64,000 nucleotides of DNA from Eremomyces bilateralis CBS 781.70 (taxonomy: Eukaryota), in the NCBI GenBank assembly GCA_010015585.1, contig ML975149.1. One strand, 5' to 3'. The notes under the pieces were generated by a model, which searched no databases, had not been told where the DNA came from, and saw only the letters and a program-made list of their open reading frames with translations. Shown here one piece after another: positions 27,663 through 40,884 of the stretch (position 1 is its first letter; each line of letters starts with the position of its first letter). The position numbers were made by a program, and so were the translations under genes.

Positions 27663-28395
27663 CTAATCCACCTCGAAGTCCGAGAGGTCGTAGTCTGGAC
27701 CGTCGTCTTTAGCCCAGTCCTTCCGGTTGACTAGATGCCACTCATGGTAATCTAGCTTGGGCTCTGGACGTTGTTTCTCCTTGGCTTGGAGCCACAGCGC
27801 CGACGACTTCCATTTAGGCAGGGGGCCGAGGTTGAGGTAGAGGGGGCTTCCCTCGAGCTATCCCACAAAAGTGAACATGAAAGAACGGTAGGAAGTTATA
27901 GTTTGATTGAAATGAACGTACAGTATAGTCGTGGGCGTCGACGCGAAGGCGAAAGACACTGGGGAAGCCTCCCTCGAAGTTGGCTACCCCAACAATATAT
28001 GGGAGGGCCGCCGCGAAGTTAACCGACGCAAAAGGGATCTCACTAGAGGATAAGTCGGTTGGGTTAAACCCTATATGAATCTTGGAATAGGAGAAGATTT
28101 ACCGAATTGAAATGCCAGTGCATTTCCGGGCCCGTCCTCCTTGATCAGTGCCAACTGAGAGAATCCGGTCGGAATTCTTTTCCAGGATATTCAGAGCCCA
28201 CTGAAAGACTTTCGGCGATAGACGCCCCGCCTTCTCTTCGAAGCTGCTAAAGGGCGTCCGGACGATGATCTTGTCTTGGAGGCGTACCAACCCAGCCAGT
28301 GGATTCATATGCTCCTGGACATCATCTCCGAGGATGGCTGTCACATCCTCAAAGGGGTTGGATGCGGTAGTTGGAGGCTTGCTTGACGAAGCCAT
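27663..28395 (-). CDS. Hypothetical protein (~202 aa, 3 exons)
   Basis: ATG at 28395. GT-AG introns 28102-28043 and 27921-27858 join three segments into a stop-free 609-nt frame ending ...DYDLSDFEVD*. No family recognised. Confidence 0.6.
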
Positions 28396-28680
28396 AATGA
28401 TGGTCTCTAAGAGAAAATTGTAGTCTGGGGTTTATAGCGAAAGTCACAGCATTTGATATAAGTTGCGTATGAAGCCGGAACACATCTCCCAGCACACGGA
28501 GTGCGCAGAATTTGATGCAAAGTGATTTCGAAAATTAGTATATAAATGCCCGCACCATACAGGACCGTCGTCAAAAGACAGGGGTTCTGCCTCAAACGGG
28601 TGAAGCAAAACGCAGTGAATCGATCCATTGATCGTCATCCCCTCAAAGAAAGTCAAACAAAACGACATGTGAAGAACACA

Positions 28681-31600
28681 TCATGCTCTTAGTTTACCTT
28701 TACCGCCGCGTGGGTCAAGAGCGGGAAAATCCTCTTCTTCATCTTCTCGAAGGTCCGCTTCTCGTCGACTTTCTTCCTCTGCAAGACTGAGCTGCTTCGC
28801 AAATTCGATATCTGCTTCAAGGCTGGGGCTCCTGCCGATATCCGCATGGCGGCGACTTGGACTCCGGGATTTCGCATAACGAATGGGAATATCATAAGCC
28901 TGAGGACGAGACGACGAAGCTTGGTCGATGCTTTCGGATATACTTTGGTCGGTTTCCTGGCTCAGCCGCATAGCCTCCTCCATCTGAGCCTCGAACTCGT
29001 CGTCGCCTTCAACGACCCAGGACGGGGACGAGGCACCCGCAGTTTGCGAGACTGGCACGCTACTATCGCTCGCATATGCGCTCGACTCGCTCTCGCGTCG
29101 GTCAATATCTTCCTGGAGACTTTGCTCAGAGAGCATGGCGGCATAGGCCAAAGCTTCTTCCTCGTTATCGAGAAGACCGACACCAAATCTTCCAGACAGA
29201 CGTTCACGCTCCTTGCGACGTTCCTCGCGCTCACGCTCCAGCTCACGTACCTCATGGGCAAGATATTTCTGGAAGCTGGAACCCCGAGCAGAAGGCGCAA
29301 ATCGATCGCCATGATCGTTGATACCTCGATCTCCACGGCGCAACCGGCGTTTGCTTCTCTTGTGGTCATTGGCAATATCAGAGCTAAAGCTCCAAAACCG
29401 GAGATCGGTTCCCAGCGCCACTATTCCACGCAGAACAGTGGGGTTGGGGTCAAGGAGGATGGCGGTAGCCCCAGTCGAGTTGGAAAATTGATCGGGTATG
29501 GGGAATGTAAGCCGTCGATACCGCTGACGATGATACCGAGCAGTAAACCTGGAGTTCAGCGTGCGTACAGCACTTGTGCTCGAGCCAAGAGGATCCCAGA
29601 TCTGCACCACCCCATCTTCGCCACCATGGACAACACAGAGTGCAGTCATGGCTAGACTGGTAATCGAGGGAGACTCCGTCCTGATAACACATACTGGCTC
29701 AATATTGTTGACAAGTTCCATGGAAGGAGAAGGAGAAGCGCGGATATTCCAAAGAAAGACGACACCATTCGTGGTTCCGACGCCGACAAACCGCGAATTT
29801 TTGCCTGGCACATTGATACCGTTGTCAAACGCCGTCCGCTCTGAGATCGACGATCCGGATGATGAGGGTGGATCGGAATTGTCGTCACGAGACACAGACA
29901 TATCCTCTGACGCCGTGGTCAGAGCGGGGTTTGACATGTCCAGAGCCGTGACGGTAATGGAGACGTTACGCAACAGACCAAATGTCAACTTGGATAGCCT
30001 CCATTCCTCAGAACACTGGTTGGAAGCGACATTCGACGAAAGAATACCGTCGGGCATCGGATCCTCTCCAGGAGCAGGGGATTTGGACTTAGAGACAACA
30101 CGATTGCCAAAGACGGACCGGTGATCACCATTCTGTGTCTCCTGGTCCATCGCTGAGTGAGGAACAACCGTCTTCTCCATGTCAAGGGAGCCAACGAGAA
30201 TGCGGGTTCGACAATATCGAGTAATGTCCGGAAGACCATCTGTTTCTGGGTTCATAAAGACGACCACGGATTCTCCAGCCATACGCCCATCATCTCCAGC
30301 AAAGTCGACTTCCATCTTGCGTCTCATCTCCCAACCAACGCAACGGTTGCGGAATTCCATCGGTTTCAGACGAAGGAAGGACTCGATCTCCCGTGTTTCG
30401 GCTGCAAGTTGTTGACCATCTAGACACATGCCGATCCACGAGCTGCGAGGAGTATAGCTGCCGTCGGTTTCAGCGTCGTGGTAGGGATCAGGCCGAGCGC
30501 GTCTCCGACTTGCTTCGACGAGGTTCCAGTAGATGGACCGTCCCACTTTCCAAGCCAAGGCTTCCCGTCGAACTTCATTTGCGTCTCGCCATGAAGCGGC
30601 GTCTGGGGAGACGGGAAACTTTGACAGGTAGAACACTTCTCCGAGCGCATTTAAAGCGACCGCCCACACTCGATTCTGGTTTAGACGACGCAGCGAGTAC
30701 TCTTCATCGACTGCGAATGCAATGATCGGAACCCCAGGGGAGAGGACCCAGCGAGCTGTTAAGTCCCCACGCTGAAGGCGAGCCTCTCGCGTGGCGTCCG
30801 GTCCGCCTACAGTGTACATCGACACGATCCCAGAGGCAGAGCCGACCAGCATCCCAGCAAGTCCATTAGAGAGGAAAGGAATGTTGCGTGACTTCGTGAT
30901 CCAAACCGCACAATTCGCTCCCAGATCTTCCACTTGAGGCACACCTTCATCAAGAACCCCCACAATCGGCATCTCGGAGGAGATGCGACGGACCTCGCGG
31001 TTATGGGTGGAATAGAACTCCGTGAACCCCCGCGGACTCCCGACCCCATGAATGACGCCGTAGTGCTGGCTGATATCCATGACATTCGGGCAGCCCACCA
31101 TAGACCCGGACCCAAGGCCATACTCCGCCTCGCCAGAATGCAGCTGCGAAAACTGTGCACTCACTGCCCATCGATTTCCCCAGCCGTCCAGTTTACGCGA
31201 TGCAGGATCGCTTCTGCTGGACAAGCCCGTCAGGGATTGGCCATGGATGAACTTGCACCGTCCCATATCCAAGCCAGTTCCGAATGTCCCATCAATCCGG
31301 TCGATGTTGAATAATAGCTCCGAATCGTAGGTTACAAGAGGATTCTGGTATTGCCGAGTCGATGGTATTGGAGATTGGTTGGTCCTGTCCCTGGTGTTCG
31401 CCTCCACGCTCAGTGGCTTGCCACGCGCAATGGCTCGGAGCAGTTGCGTTCGCAAGATGTATTCCTTTCGCCAGGTCGAACGGTTTGATAGACGAGTAAA
31501 GACGGGAGCCACTCCATCGATGCCACTATCACTCTTGCGGCGGTCTTTCGGCAAATTTCCAGGGAAATATCGGATGAACGCCGCTTTCCATACGTAGGGC

Positions 31601-32166
31601 GAATTCAGCAACGAATGGAATCGCTGGCAAACCAAAGCGCACGTATTGAGGTCAGGAGCGCTGAGATGCGAAAACGCATGGATGAGGATTTCTATCAGTC
31701 AATAAGTCAGTACCGTAATGGCAAACCAATATCCGGAACACGGAACGGAGTCAGTCAACTTACCATTCGGCAGGGAGTCAGTTAGAGATCCTTGAGCGGA
31801 TGCAGATCCATTGGAAATGACCTGAAAATCCGGTCCTTCCCATCGCTCGTCTCCGGATAGGACAAGAGCATTTTCATACGTTACAATGTGTCTGCCGGGA
31901 CTAGCCGTCTCGGTCAGCGTTGACGAAAAGGAATCGACTACGGGACGCGTCTCGGTCTGGGTGCCATCGACGGCAATCCGCCCCCCGACCGAAGGAAGTT
32001 CCGGTCTAGAATGTTGACCGTCACCGTCTCGAGGTTCCCGAGGGAATCCAGGGGGAGCTGGGATGCTAGAGTCCGGTGATCCATGCTGGGTGGAAGTATT
32101 GGAGCTTTCTACGTGGGATGAATTGGATGAAGCTTTTTGGAAGATTTCGGTAGACTCTGATTGCAT
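28681..32166 (-). CDS. F-box protein with WD40-like region and C-terminal UIM-like motifs (Ufo1/Pof10-like architecture), 2 exons
   Basis: F-box SLPN|EILIHAFSHL...LVCQRFHSLL split by an intron near 31760-31694; beta-propeller-like GVVFLWNI and GVVQIWDP; UIM-like ALAYAAMLSEQ, QMEEAMRLSQE and DIEFAKQLSLAEE. Confidence 0.85.
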
Positions 32167-32704
32167 AAAACTGTGGAAAATCTGCTGATATGAAAGAGTC
32201 GACTGAACCAAATGTCTATGGTCAGTCAGAAAGTGTGATGATAGGCGCTTGCGGGCGAACGGACGCGTTAGAAATTGTTGATGATATCGTTTGGATGTGA
32301 CAAAGATGCGAGAATGACACGAAGAGTACTGAGAGGCATGATACACGTGACGTGCTAATAAATCGTTTTTGGTTTAATTAGCACGTTACGTTTAATTAGC
32401 GCGTTTGGTTTAGTGCGTTTTCATGCCGATCCATTCAGTCGTTCACACTTCACATCGCATTGACTATTCCTACAGGTATTGCTATGCCATTCATAAACGG
32501 GTTCCAGCCGCTCTTCAGGATCAGCTCTCCAAAAAGACAAATATGCAGCAGATGCGTTATTTTAAAGAATAGCAATAGATAAGGAGCAGCGATGAACACT
32601 GGACTAATTTCCAGAATAGGCCGTCAAATACCCCTTCGATTATCTGCGATATCTCTCCTATCCTTGCATCCAGTGATGCCGGGGAACCTTTTCAGTGGAC
32701 TCCA

Positions 32705-33920
32705 TCACACAGTCAGTCTCAAAGGAGATGCGGCTCTAACACCGTTCGCCTTGACCCTCCTCGCTACCGGTGTAAGGACTTTGTCTTTGTTTGGTGGCCC
32801 ATCGAAATTTCGAGAGTTGCAAGCACTATTGATCGCTTCGCATTTTTTCTCCCAAATTTTACAGTTTGCAGAGCCAGTGGGAGGCGCAGAATCGAAGCAC
32901 TTCTTACTCTGAGCCCAGCATTCTTTGGACGATGACCAGCACTGACAAGATCAGCCAAAGCAGAGGAGAGGAGTGAGATGGACTTACAGATTTTTCGTCC
33001 GAGTAACTCGGAACCTCAACACCGCACCAGTTTGCATTTTCTAGGATACAGCCTTCCGGCTTCAGCCCCTCCGTTTGCGTCTTTTGTACTGCTCTGCGAT
33101 CGATCGTACCGACTTCGCGTTTCGACGAGCCGGTGAAGGATGCCACATCCGGTCCGGGCAATGAATACGGCAGCTTCAGTGGCGAATCATAGATGTCGAA
33201 AGTTAAGCTCTTGTCGCCTGACTGAACATATCCGGGGATGCTGACGGTACTTTTCGGCTTTTTATTTCCAGACGACTTCAAGAAGATCTGGGCACAACCG
33301 GTGTAGAATTGCGGTTCTCCCCTGTGCGCAAAGTGCAAGGCGAGCAGCTCCGGCCTCACGAGGTAGTAACCGCCTTCCAAACCCTGGGGAAGGGCCACGT
33401 CCAAATGTCCTTTTTCAATGACCTTGTCGGTGCACCACTTTCCAGCGCCTTCGTCATAGCCATCAGCCGCGATCTTGAACCAGCCGTCCCCCGCTCCTTT
33501 GTCATCGATGGCGGAGTCGACTTTCTTCAAGTAGACCGCACATGGCCCCTTATGGCCTGGGTCAATGACGCCTCTCGTGTAATCATCCATCCACGAGCGG
33601 AATTCAAAGGACAGCGTAGCACCATCTGGAACTTGACAGACACGAGCAACACCGGTTGCCCCGTTGGCATCTATAATGAAGTGGTGAGCACAACGGTCGC
33701 TTTAGTATCTGAAGGAAGTAAAGAGCTTACTGCATGCCATGTCGTTGCTGCCGATGCCAGCAATCGGGCTTGTTACGGTTCCGGGGTCGTTTTTCATTCG
33801 GACGCAAGTCCCATCTCCTTGGCCGACGCCGTTGACAAATAACTCAGCGAACCCGGTATGTGAAATTGCTTGGCGAGTAGCTGCAAGGGCAAGCAAGAAA
33901 TATTTCGTCTGAATAGCCAT
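32705..33920 (-). CDS. Secreted AA9 lytic polysaccharide monooxygenase with Cys-rich C-terminal module (3 exons)
   Basis: Signal peptide MAIQTKYFLLALAATRQAIS followed by His1 (HTGF); GHKGP; GDGWFKI; YYLVRPELLALH; PQFYTGCAQ; VSIPGY. Confidence 0.92.
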
Positions 33921-36020
33921 GATGATCGGACAAATGATCGGGAAAATATGCAACTCGTGTACTTTGAGAAGGAATATGACCGCTCGGCGGCTGTAGTGCA
34001 ACGAACGATAGATCAACAGACGGAATGACAGTGGTCAATAGAATGGATTTACTGGATCAAGCAGCGAAAGTAGCAAATCTCGAAGATATATAAAGGACTA
34101 TGGTGAAGAAAAGCACAAAGAAAGGATGAACGGCAACTTCGAAGGTAAGGAGAATGTGATTGCTACATATAATACAACATACTTCTCAATGAGAACAACT
34201 TCACAACGCCTCGCCAATGGTGATGATTTCATTCCCGCCGATTCCAGGGGGATAGGTGGAAATTGCGAATTACACTGCATGTAGAAAGATGAGGGTCTGG
34301 TAAGTCGCGCATGGCGCTACCGTAAAGTGAGCCGGAGGAGCTGTCTCACTGTGGTGCAACTAGCATCAAAGAAGGGGACCTTGAGAGCTGTCAAGCTTGA
34401 TATCCTGAGGTATGAAAGGTCAACGCAGGTGACTGGCGGAGATAGGGGGATGCACCTCGAGAACCCCTTGCATTGCCCGCGACTGGAGGCAAACTAGTGA
34501 TTGAATACATGCTCCAGATCTCCTAGCATGATTTGAAACAGGGTGTTGGGTGCAGCCAAGTATAAGTATGGTAGGTGATAGGTCTCTCCGAGTCCGATGC
34601 CAACTGAAGAGGGCCCAACTTGATACAAGATAACGTGCATGTTCTCTGATGGAGGTCCATCCAACTAATATCTTCTAAACCCTAAGGCACCTTCCAGAGC
34701 CGCCAAAGGAGTCGAGAATCCAAGGCTGTATGGATAGGGAATGAACGACTCTCGGGAGTAAACTTCATCCGCCGGAAGTGGTTTTATTAGGTCCTGCAGC
34801 CCCAAAATGCCCAATGTTGGAACCTAAGTTAGCGCCTGCAGTTGTGCAGGCGCACAGAAGGTTTATCGATAATCTTTTGTTTCCGAAATTCCACATGACT
34901 CATAATGGATAGATATACTCCCTGAGAAACACTTGATTCAAGGATATGGGGATCAAGGATGACATCAGCGGATTCAACGCCATGATTACAAGGCAAACTT
35001 GAAGGACATGTCAACCAAAGAAGACCTCAAAGAAAGGAACTCCTGTTAAACAGGGCCCTGGGATGGGTGTCTCGGAGGGGACCAGTCTTTACGTAAAGAC
35101 CATCTGGATGAGACGAGATTGTTGTTACACTACAGGGGACCAGAATGACACTGCAGAGTGGAATATGAAGACGACACCAGGTCGGAAGCAGATGGAGAGC
35201 ATCTCATGTCGATAATGCCTGGAGCTGACAACACGCTAGTCTCTGGATGATGGACATAGAAGTCAAGCAAAGTTCTAGGAAAGTTGGAAGAATTCATCTG
35301 TGAAGATGATTGCCCATAGGTAGTTAAATCAATCCAAGGAGAAAGGAGGAGGTTGGTGTTTTCCCAGTGGATACGTACTGGACGACAAGGATGCCAAAAA
35401 CATAATTACAATTTACCTACCATACCCCTGATTATTTCACACGGGTTTTCGCATACCTTACTCAGTTACTCTGTCATTCCAGTCCATCAATGTCACTTCC
35501 ATGGAGATAACCATGCCTACAGTACTTACGTCCGCAGTGATACCATGCCAATTTCATCAAGAGTTCAGTGTGAGGTCATCAGACAGACACAGATATCACT
35601 CATCAGGACGAGCTCACCAGCTCACCAGGCACGAATCACGAACCATGAAATATGCCTTGTTTCCAATCTTAGCAGGCGCTAGTGTTTGATGGCCCTGAAC
35701 CCCGGTTCCCCTCAGCCATCACTCCCGTACTCTATCCATGATCCGACATCATTTCTTGATTCTAGTTTCTTCAAAGTTGAATCCCCAACTTCAAGATGGA
35801 CTTGGAGCCTGAAAATGGCTGTGGATGTTGGCCATCGCGACTCCAAGTCTCGTATTGCGTTCGTAGAAAAATCCCTTGTCAGTCGTTCCAATTGTGCTCG
35901 ACGACTTTAAAGGTCGTCTCCATTCCGTCACGAGTTGTTTGGCTGTTGTTGACCTTCTTTCAATCTCACAACCGTTCTGCTACCTTGACCCTCGGATGCA
36001 CCATCTAATCTATAAGCAAG

Positions 36021-36931
36021 ATGCTGATTCAATTTTCTCAAATTTCTGTCTTATATCTTCTTGCTGCATTTACCGCCTCGGCGTTTCCTTTGCTGGATCC
36101 CGGCGGAGGCGGCTCATCCGCCCCTCCCAGTATCAAATTTCTCTCCAATGCTGTTCAAAGTCGTTTACTCCTAAGAAATCCGGCGGAAAATCAGCCTCAA
36201 GCACAGTATTCAAGGCTCTCCAATTGAATCTCTGCAACAGTGGCTTCGCGAAGTGCTATAGCAAGGGGAAGGCAGTCGGAGAAGGCAACTCTGCAATCTC
36301 TCTCACCACGCCCCACGTGGTGACCCTCAACGAGATCTGTCTCCAAGATATCCAGAATTCCCTCCACCCAACATTCGCGTCATCATGGCCGGACGATCAT
36401 ACCTACTACGTCTTCCAACCGGCGATCGACAAACGCACTAACGGCGCGTATAAATGCAAGAACGGCGACCAGTACGGCATCGCTGTCATCGGCAGGGTGG
36501 CTGCAAGCAAATGGTCCGGTTTCAAGGCGTATGGCGGGCATTACGTCGCACAAGACGGAGGCAATGAGCAGCGATCATTCGCCTGCGCTGCAGCAAGTAG
36601 CGATCACTTCGCTTGCACGACGCATCTGAACACCACGAAGGCGACAGCGATGACTCAATGCAAGGCATTGATGTTTGAAGCAGCGCCGTACCTAAAGACA
36701 TCTACGGGCTTTTCGGGGTCTACAGTCGTTGGAGGCGACCTGAACTTGAAGTATGATCGTGGTGATAAGTACAATGTGCAGAATTGTGTGCCGAATGGAT
36801 ATACTCGGAAGGGAGATGGGAGCGTGCAGCAAATCACATTCTCGAACGATTTGAAGTTCAAGGATAGTTCGAAGATATCTGTTCCCGGAATAGATCATCC
36901 AGGCTGGCTCGTAGATCTGACGAGGACATGA
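36021..36931 (+). CDS. Secreted endonuclease/exonuclease/phosphatase (DNase I-fold) family protein
   Basis: Signal-peptide exon from ATG 36021; proposed intron 36130-36194 (GTATCA...CAG) joins it in frame to LQLNLCNSG, TLNEIC, TTHL, GGDLN and DHPG motifs. Confidence 0.82.
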
Positions 36932-37753
36932 GTCTTTCACGATATGTTTAAGGCTGGTGTAGGTCTCTAAGTAGAGTATATTTAGGCTATTCTTAACAAC
37001 AACCATTTCCGATATGTTGTGACAAGGCAACAAGAATGGGTGCGGATTAAGCCCAGTGCTGAAATACCCGAAGCATGGCTGAGCTTCGGGAGGGCTGACC
37101 AAATTTAGCTGCCGCCAGCTTTCAGTTCTCGGCTTCTCCGCCTCCACTGATTATCCCTTTGTCCAGCACTCCAAGCCCTTCTAGTCCGAAAATTTTATTT
37201 ACGAACTCCGACTCGTCGGTCATGCACGACACACGAAGCTATCAGGCGCACTCCAAATGGCCAATCAGCCGTCGGGACTGCATACGTCTCTCGGAACGAA
37301 GCTTTCATGTCCGACCTTGATCTCGCATTCATGATGAATGATACGATGTTCCACGGGCATTTATCTCAAGACATCGTATGTTTTCTGGAGTTCCATCTTG
37401 GGTGCCCTGACGAACTGGTGGCTAGCTGAGCTGTATAGCCAGCAATGAATTCTACAGAGTAAGTGTTATTTCTCTAATTTGGATATCGTCGTCCGACAAG
37501 TTGGAATAGTCACACTCCCAGGACGTGTAGCTGGATTCTATACCAATTGGCACTGAGTATAATAAAGACTGGATAGCCCTTGGATTCTCAGAGTCATGTA
37601 TTGCTTGACTCTTTGCTTCCCCAGTTCGCAAATCATTCCTTAGAGTTGTCTCATATGGCATCATTGACTGATTGTCTGCCGTAACCACTATCCTCTATAC
37701 GAGAAGATTGAACCACGACCGACTCCTAAGGTATTTTCTAGGTTCTGGTCGCG

Positions 37754-38657
37754 ATGCATTCATTCCCGGTTGGTACTCCTGGGCTGTGTTCATTGGATAT
37801 CCAGTTCTGATTCGATTCTCCAGTCTCTTGCCTTTGCACTATTCACTGTATCCTCCTCTGCTCTACCACTCCTAAGTAACTTGGCCTTCTATACATTACC
37901 AAGGCGTTCACCGGCGTACGGAGGCGTTAGCAGAGTGGTGAACACCGCGTCCTCGCGCTGGTATAGTGCGGATACCTATTCAGGTGCTTCCTGGGGAGGC
38001 ACCTACCAATATCAGTGTTTCGGGGGTGACATTTCAAAATATCCGACTCTTCACCAATGGCTGTCTTTCGACAATCTGCTGCAGATCAACCGTCCAGCTC
38101 TGGCTCTGACGAACACGGAAGACCAAATCGGCTACATCCGCGATGGGATTATTGCGGTTGCGGAAGAGTCTATTGTTGATCCACGCGTCATTCTTGTGGT
38201 GATGATGCAGGAGGTATGATTGACGGCATTCCTCTAGTGCGATATATGCTTTACTAATGTTTCTTAGTCCACTGGCAGAGCCAACTCACCCTGCACAGGA
38301 GGTCATAACTGCGGCCTCATGCAAGCTAACCGCGGAAGTACGTCGTTTGACTCATCGCAGCCAAGACAGAGCATCAAGCAAATGATTGCGGAAGGGATTC
38401 AGGGTACTACGGAAGGACCTGGGTATGTGCAGTACCTGAACAACGATGCATCTTACTCGTATACCAACAACCGCTGGCCTAACAACCCATTTGCCGCGGC
38501 ACGTTGTTATAATTCCGGGCGGATCGATCCTTCTGGAAACCTCGATATTGCCTCGTATGGTTCAATGAGGAGCTATGTGAATGACGTTGCAAATCGGCTG
38601 CTTGGTTGGACTGGACATGATACAGGGTCAGCGCAGGCGCAATGTGGTTTATCATAA
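37754..38657 (+). CDS. Secreted lysozyme-fold / lytic transglycosylase (SLT/GH23-like) protein (3 exons)
   Basis: MHSFP|SLAFALFTVSSSALP signal peptide via intron 37769-37823; second intron 38214-38267 gives MMQES; also GLMQ and AARCYNSG, matching SLT motifs I-III. Confidence 0.8.
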
Positions 38658-39478
38658 AACTGAGAAGAGATTTTGATGAGTGGATGACATGAACAATGAC
38701 TAGTACAGAAATAAATGCTAAGATCATAGGGTAGTTCCCTGGAAATAGGTGTACAAGATACTGCAGATGAATAGCTTATGACCCGAATTAATGGTATCCT
38801 TGCCTATATATATATATATAACTATGGCGAATGCCGTAACTACTTGCCGCACGATACTTCTGTTATAGGTACTTAGAAATAGATGATAGTATGTAACCCA
38901 CCCAACATCCACGTCGGGCAGCCAACAGAATCCATTCCACATCAGTTTCAGCTTCAGCCAAGTTTTACCCCTCCTCTCGACCAACACATAATTACCTACC
39001 ACGTACGTAATCATTCCTCATCACGGCAAGTGAGAAACCCCTCATCAGGATGTTCATAAATACATTTTGACGCCGTTTACCTGGGAAACTAGAACCTCTG
39101 GGATCGTCCTAAATCTGTTCCGTGAGATCGCATCCCTGCTATCTAATATCAGCGGAGTGGTTATTCTTCACCCCATTTCTTCGATGGTATTAGCATAAGT
39201 TTATCAGTCATCACCGACAACACTCTCACTCGTGGGCCGTGGAACCTGCGCGGTCACGATGCCGTGTAGACATGGGCGTCTTATGACATGTGAGCAAGCC
39301 AAATCAACAGTTCAACACAAGCAAAACTTGGGATTTATGACAAAGAAAATAGTTGAAATAAGTGAAAATAATTACTGCGACAACAAATTTAGTCGAGCGA
39401 ACACATCTATGCTCGGTCCAGCATATCGCGCACACTCAGTTTAAGGAAATGCACCAGACCTGTCTCACCACTCTCAGA

Positions 39479-40753
39479 ATGATGCTCTCAGCACGAGTCG
39501 GATCACGAGCCGCTCGATCAGCCGTGGGAGTAATTCTCAAATCAACATTCCCGTCGGTTTCCAGAGGCCGATATGTTTCGCGGGACATATCAACTTCGTC
39601 GACCTGGAGTTCGCAATCTCGCGAGACTCCTCCCACGCCGCAAAAGATGCCTCCGAACTCAACGAAAGGGCAGGATAGCAAGCCCCAACCTTCCACGTCC
39701 GTCACAAAACAAAAGCTACCAGAGTTTGACTTGAGTGGCAAGGTAGTCCTCATTTCCGGCGGAGGTCGAGGGCTTGGGTTGAGCCAAGCGGAAGCGGTCC
39801 TCGAAGCCGGTGCAACAGGTCAGTGTAATATATGATAGTTCTTCAATCGCGGAGATGAATGACCGTGTACTATAGTGTACGCCCTTGACCGCCTAGAAGA
39901 AGTCTCCCCTGAATTCAAAGCCGTCCAAGCACGCGCTGAGAACGAGCTCGGCACCGCTCTGCACCACCATCGGGTCGACGTGACCAACGTTCCAGAACTG
40001 AATCGTGTCGTTGAGGAGATCAGCTTGGAACATGGCCGACTGGATGGGTTGATTGCAGCGGCTGGTGTCCAGCAGGAGACGCCCGCGCTTGAGTACACGT
40101 TTGAGGACGCCAACCGCATGTTCTTGATTAACATCACGGGAGTGTTCATGACGGCGCAGGCGGTCGCGAAGCAGATGATTAAGCATGGGAATGGTGGGTC
40201 GATTGTACTCATCGGGAGCATGAGCGGCACCGTCGTCAATCGGGTAAGGGAGCCCCTTTCCAATAGTGCTTGAAGGAAGCCGAATTCGAGCCGGTGGTCA
40301 CGGAATGATTCTCGTCCGGAGCTAATAGCCCTTAAGGGACTCATATGCCCTGCATACAACACCTCGAAAGCAGGTGTACTCCAATTGGCACGAAGCCTCG
40401 CAGCCGAATGGGGAGAGTACAACATTCGCGTCAACACTCTTTCTCCAGGCTATATCGTGACAAAGATGGTAGAAATGCTTTTTGAAGAGTTCCCGGAGCG
40501 GGAGCACGAATGGTATGTACTCCTTCCTGCGCTCGTATGATTTAATGTAGCATTGACCGAAAGTCAGGCCGGAACAGAACATGCTTGGACGCCTGTCGAA
40601 ACCACAGGAGTACCGTGGCGCTGCCGTATTCCTTCTCAGCAATGCCAGTAGTTTCATGGCAAGTGAAAAGCAGCCTGCCGAGGATCCAGCATGCTAACTT
40701 TCGTCTAGACTGCGAGCGATCTCCGCATGGACGGAGGCCACAGTGCATGGTAA
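39479..40753 (+). CDS. Short-chain dehydrogenase/reductase (D-arabinitol-2-dehydrogenase-like) with an N-terminal mitochondrial-type presequence; multi-exon
   Basis: [23 protein letters not shown] (YxxxK), [20 protein letters not shown]; the last intron is GC-AG. Start could be ATG 39449. Confidence 0.9.
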
Positions 40754-40884
40754 TGGCTGCCGCTGATATTCGAAATTGTCCATTGGATCTTGCGTAGCGG
40801 CCCCGTAGCGGAACAGGATAGGCTAGGATTATTGAGACTGGGGTCTGCCTCATGTAATTCAACCTCTTATGACGCTTGCAAAAT

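Noticed and set aside
22607..32166. Asi3-like E3 and F-box gene as a ubiquitin cluster, or as part of the terpene cluster
   Set aside because: Ordinary housekeeping neighbours; more likely they mark the right border of the terpene locus.
34050..35870. Long intergenic region as a possible TE or pseudogene
   Set aside because: No TIR, LTR or protein motif found.
35876..36020. N-terminal extension of the 351-aa ORF as the real EEP start
   Set aside because: Non-ATG start and no signal peptide; ATG 36021 plus an intron gives a better model.
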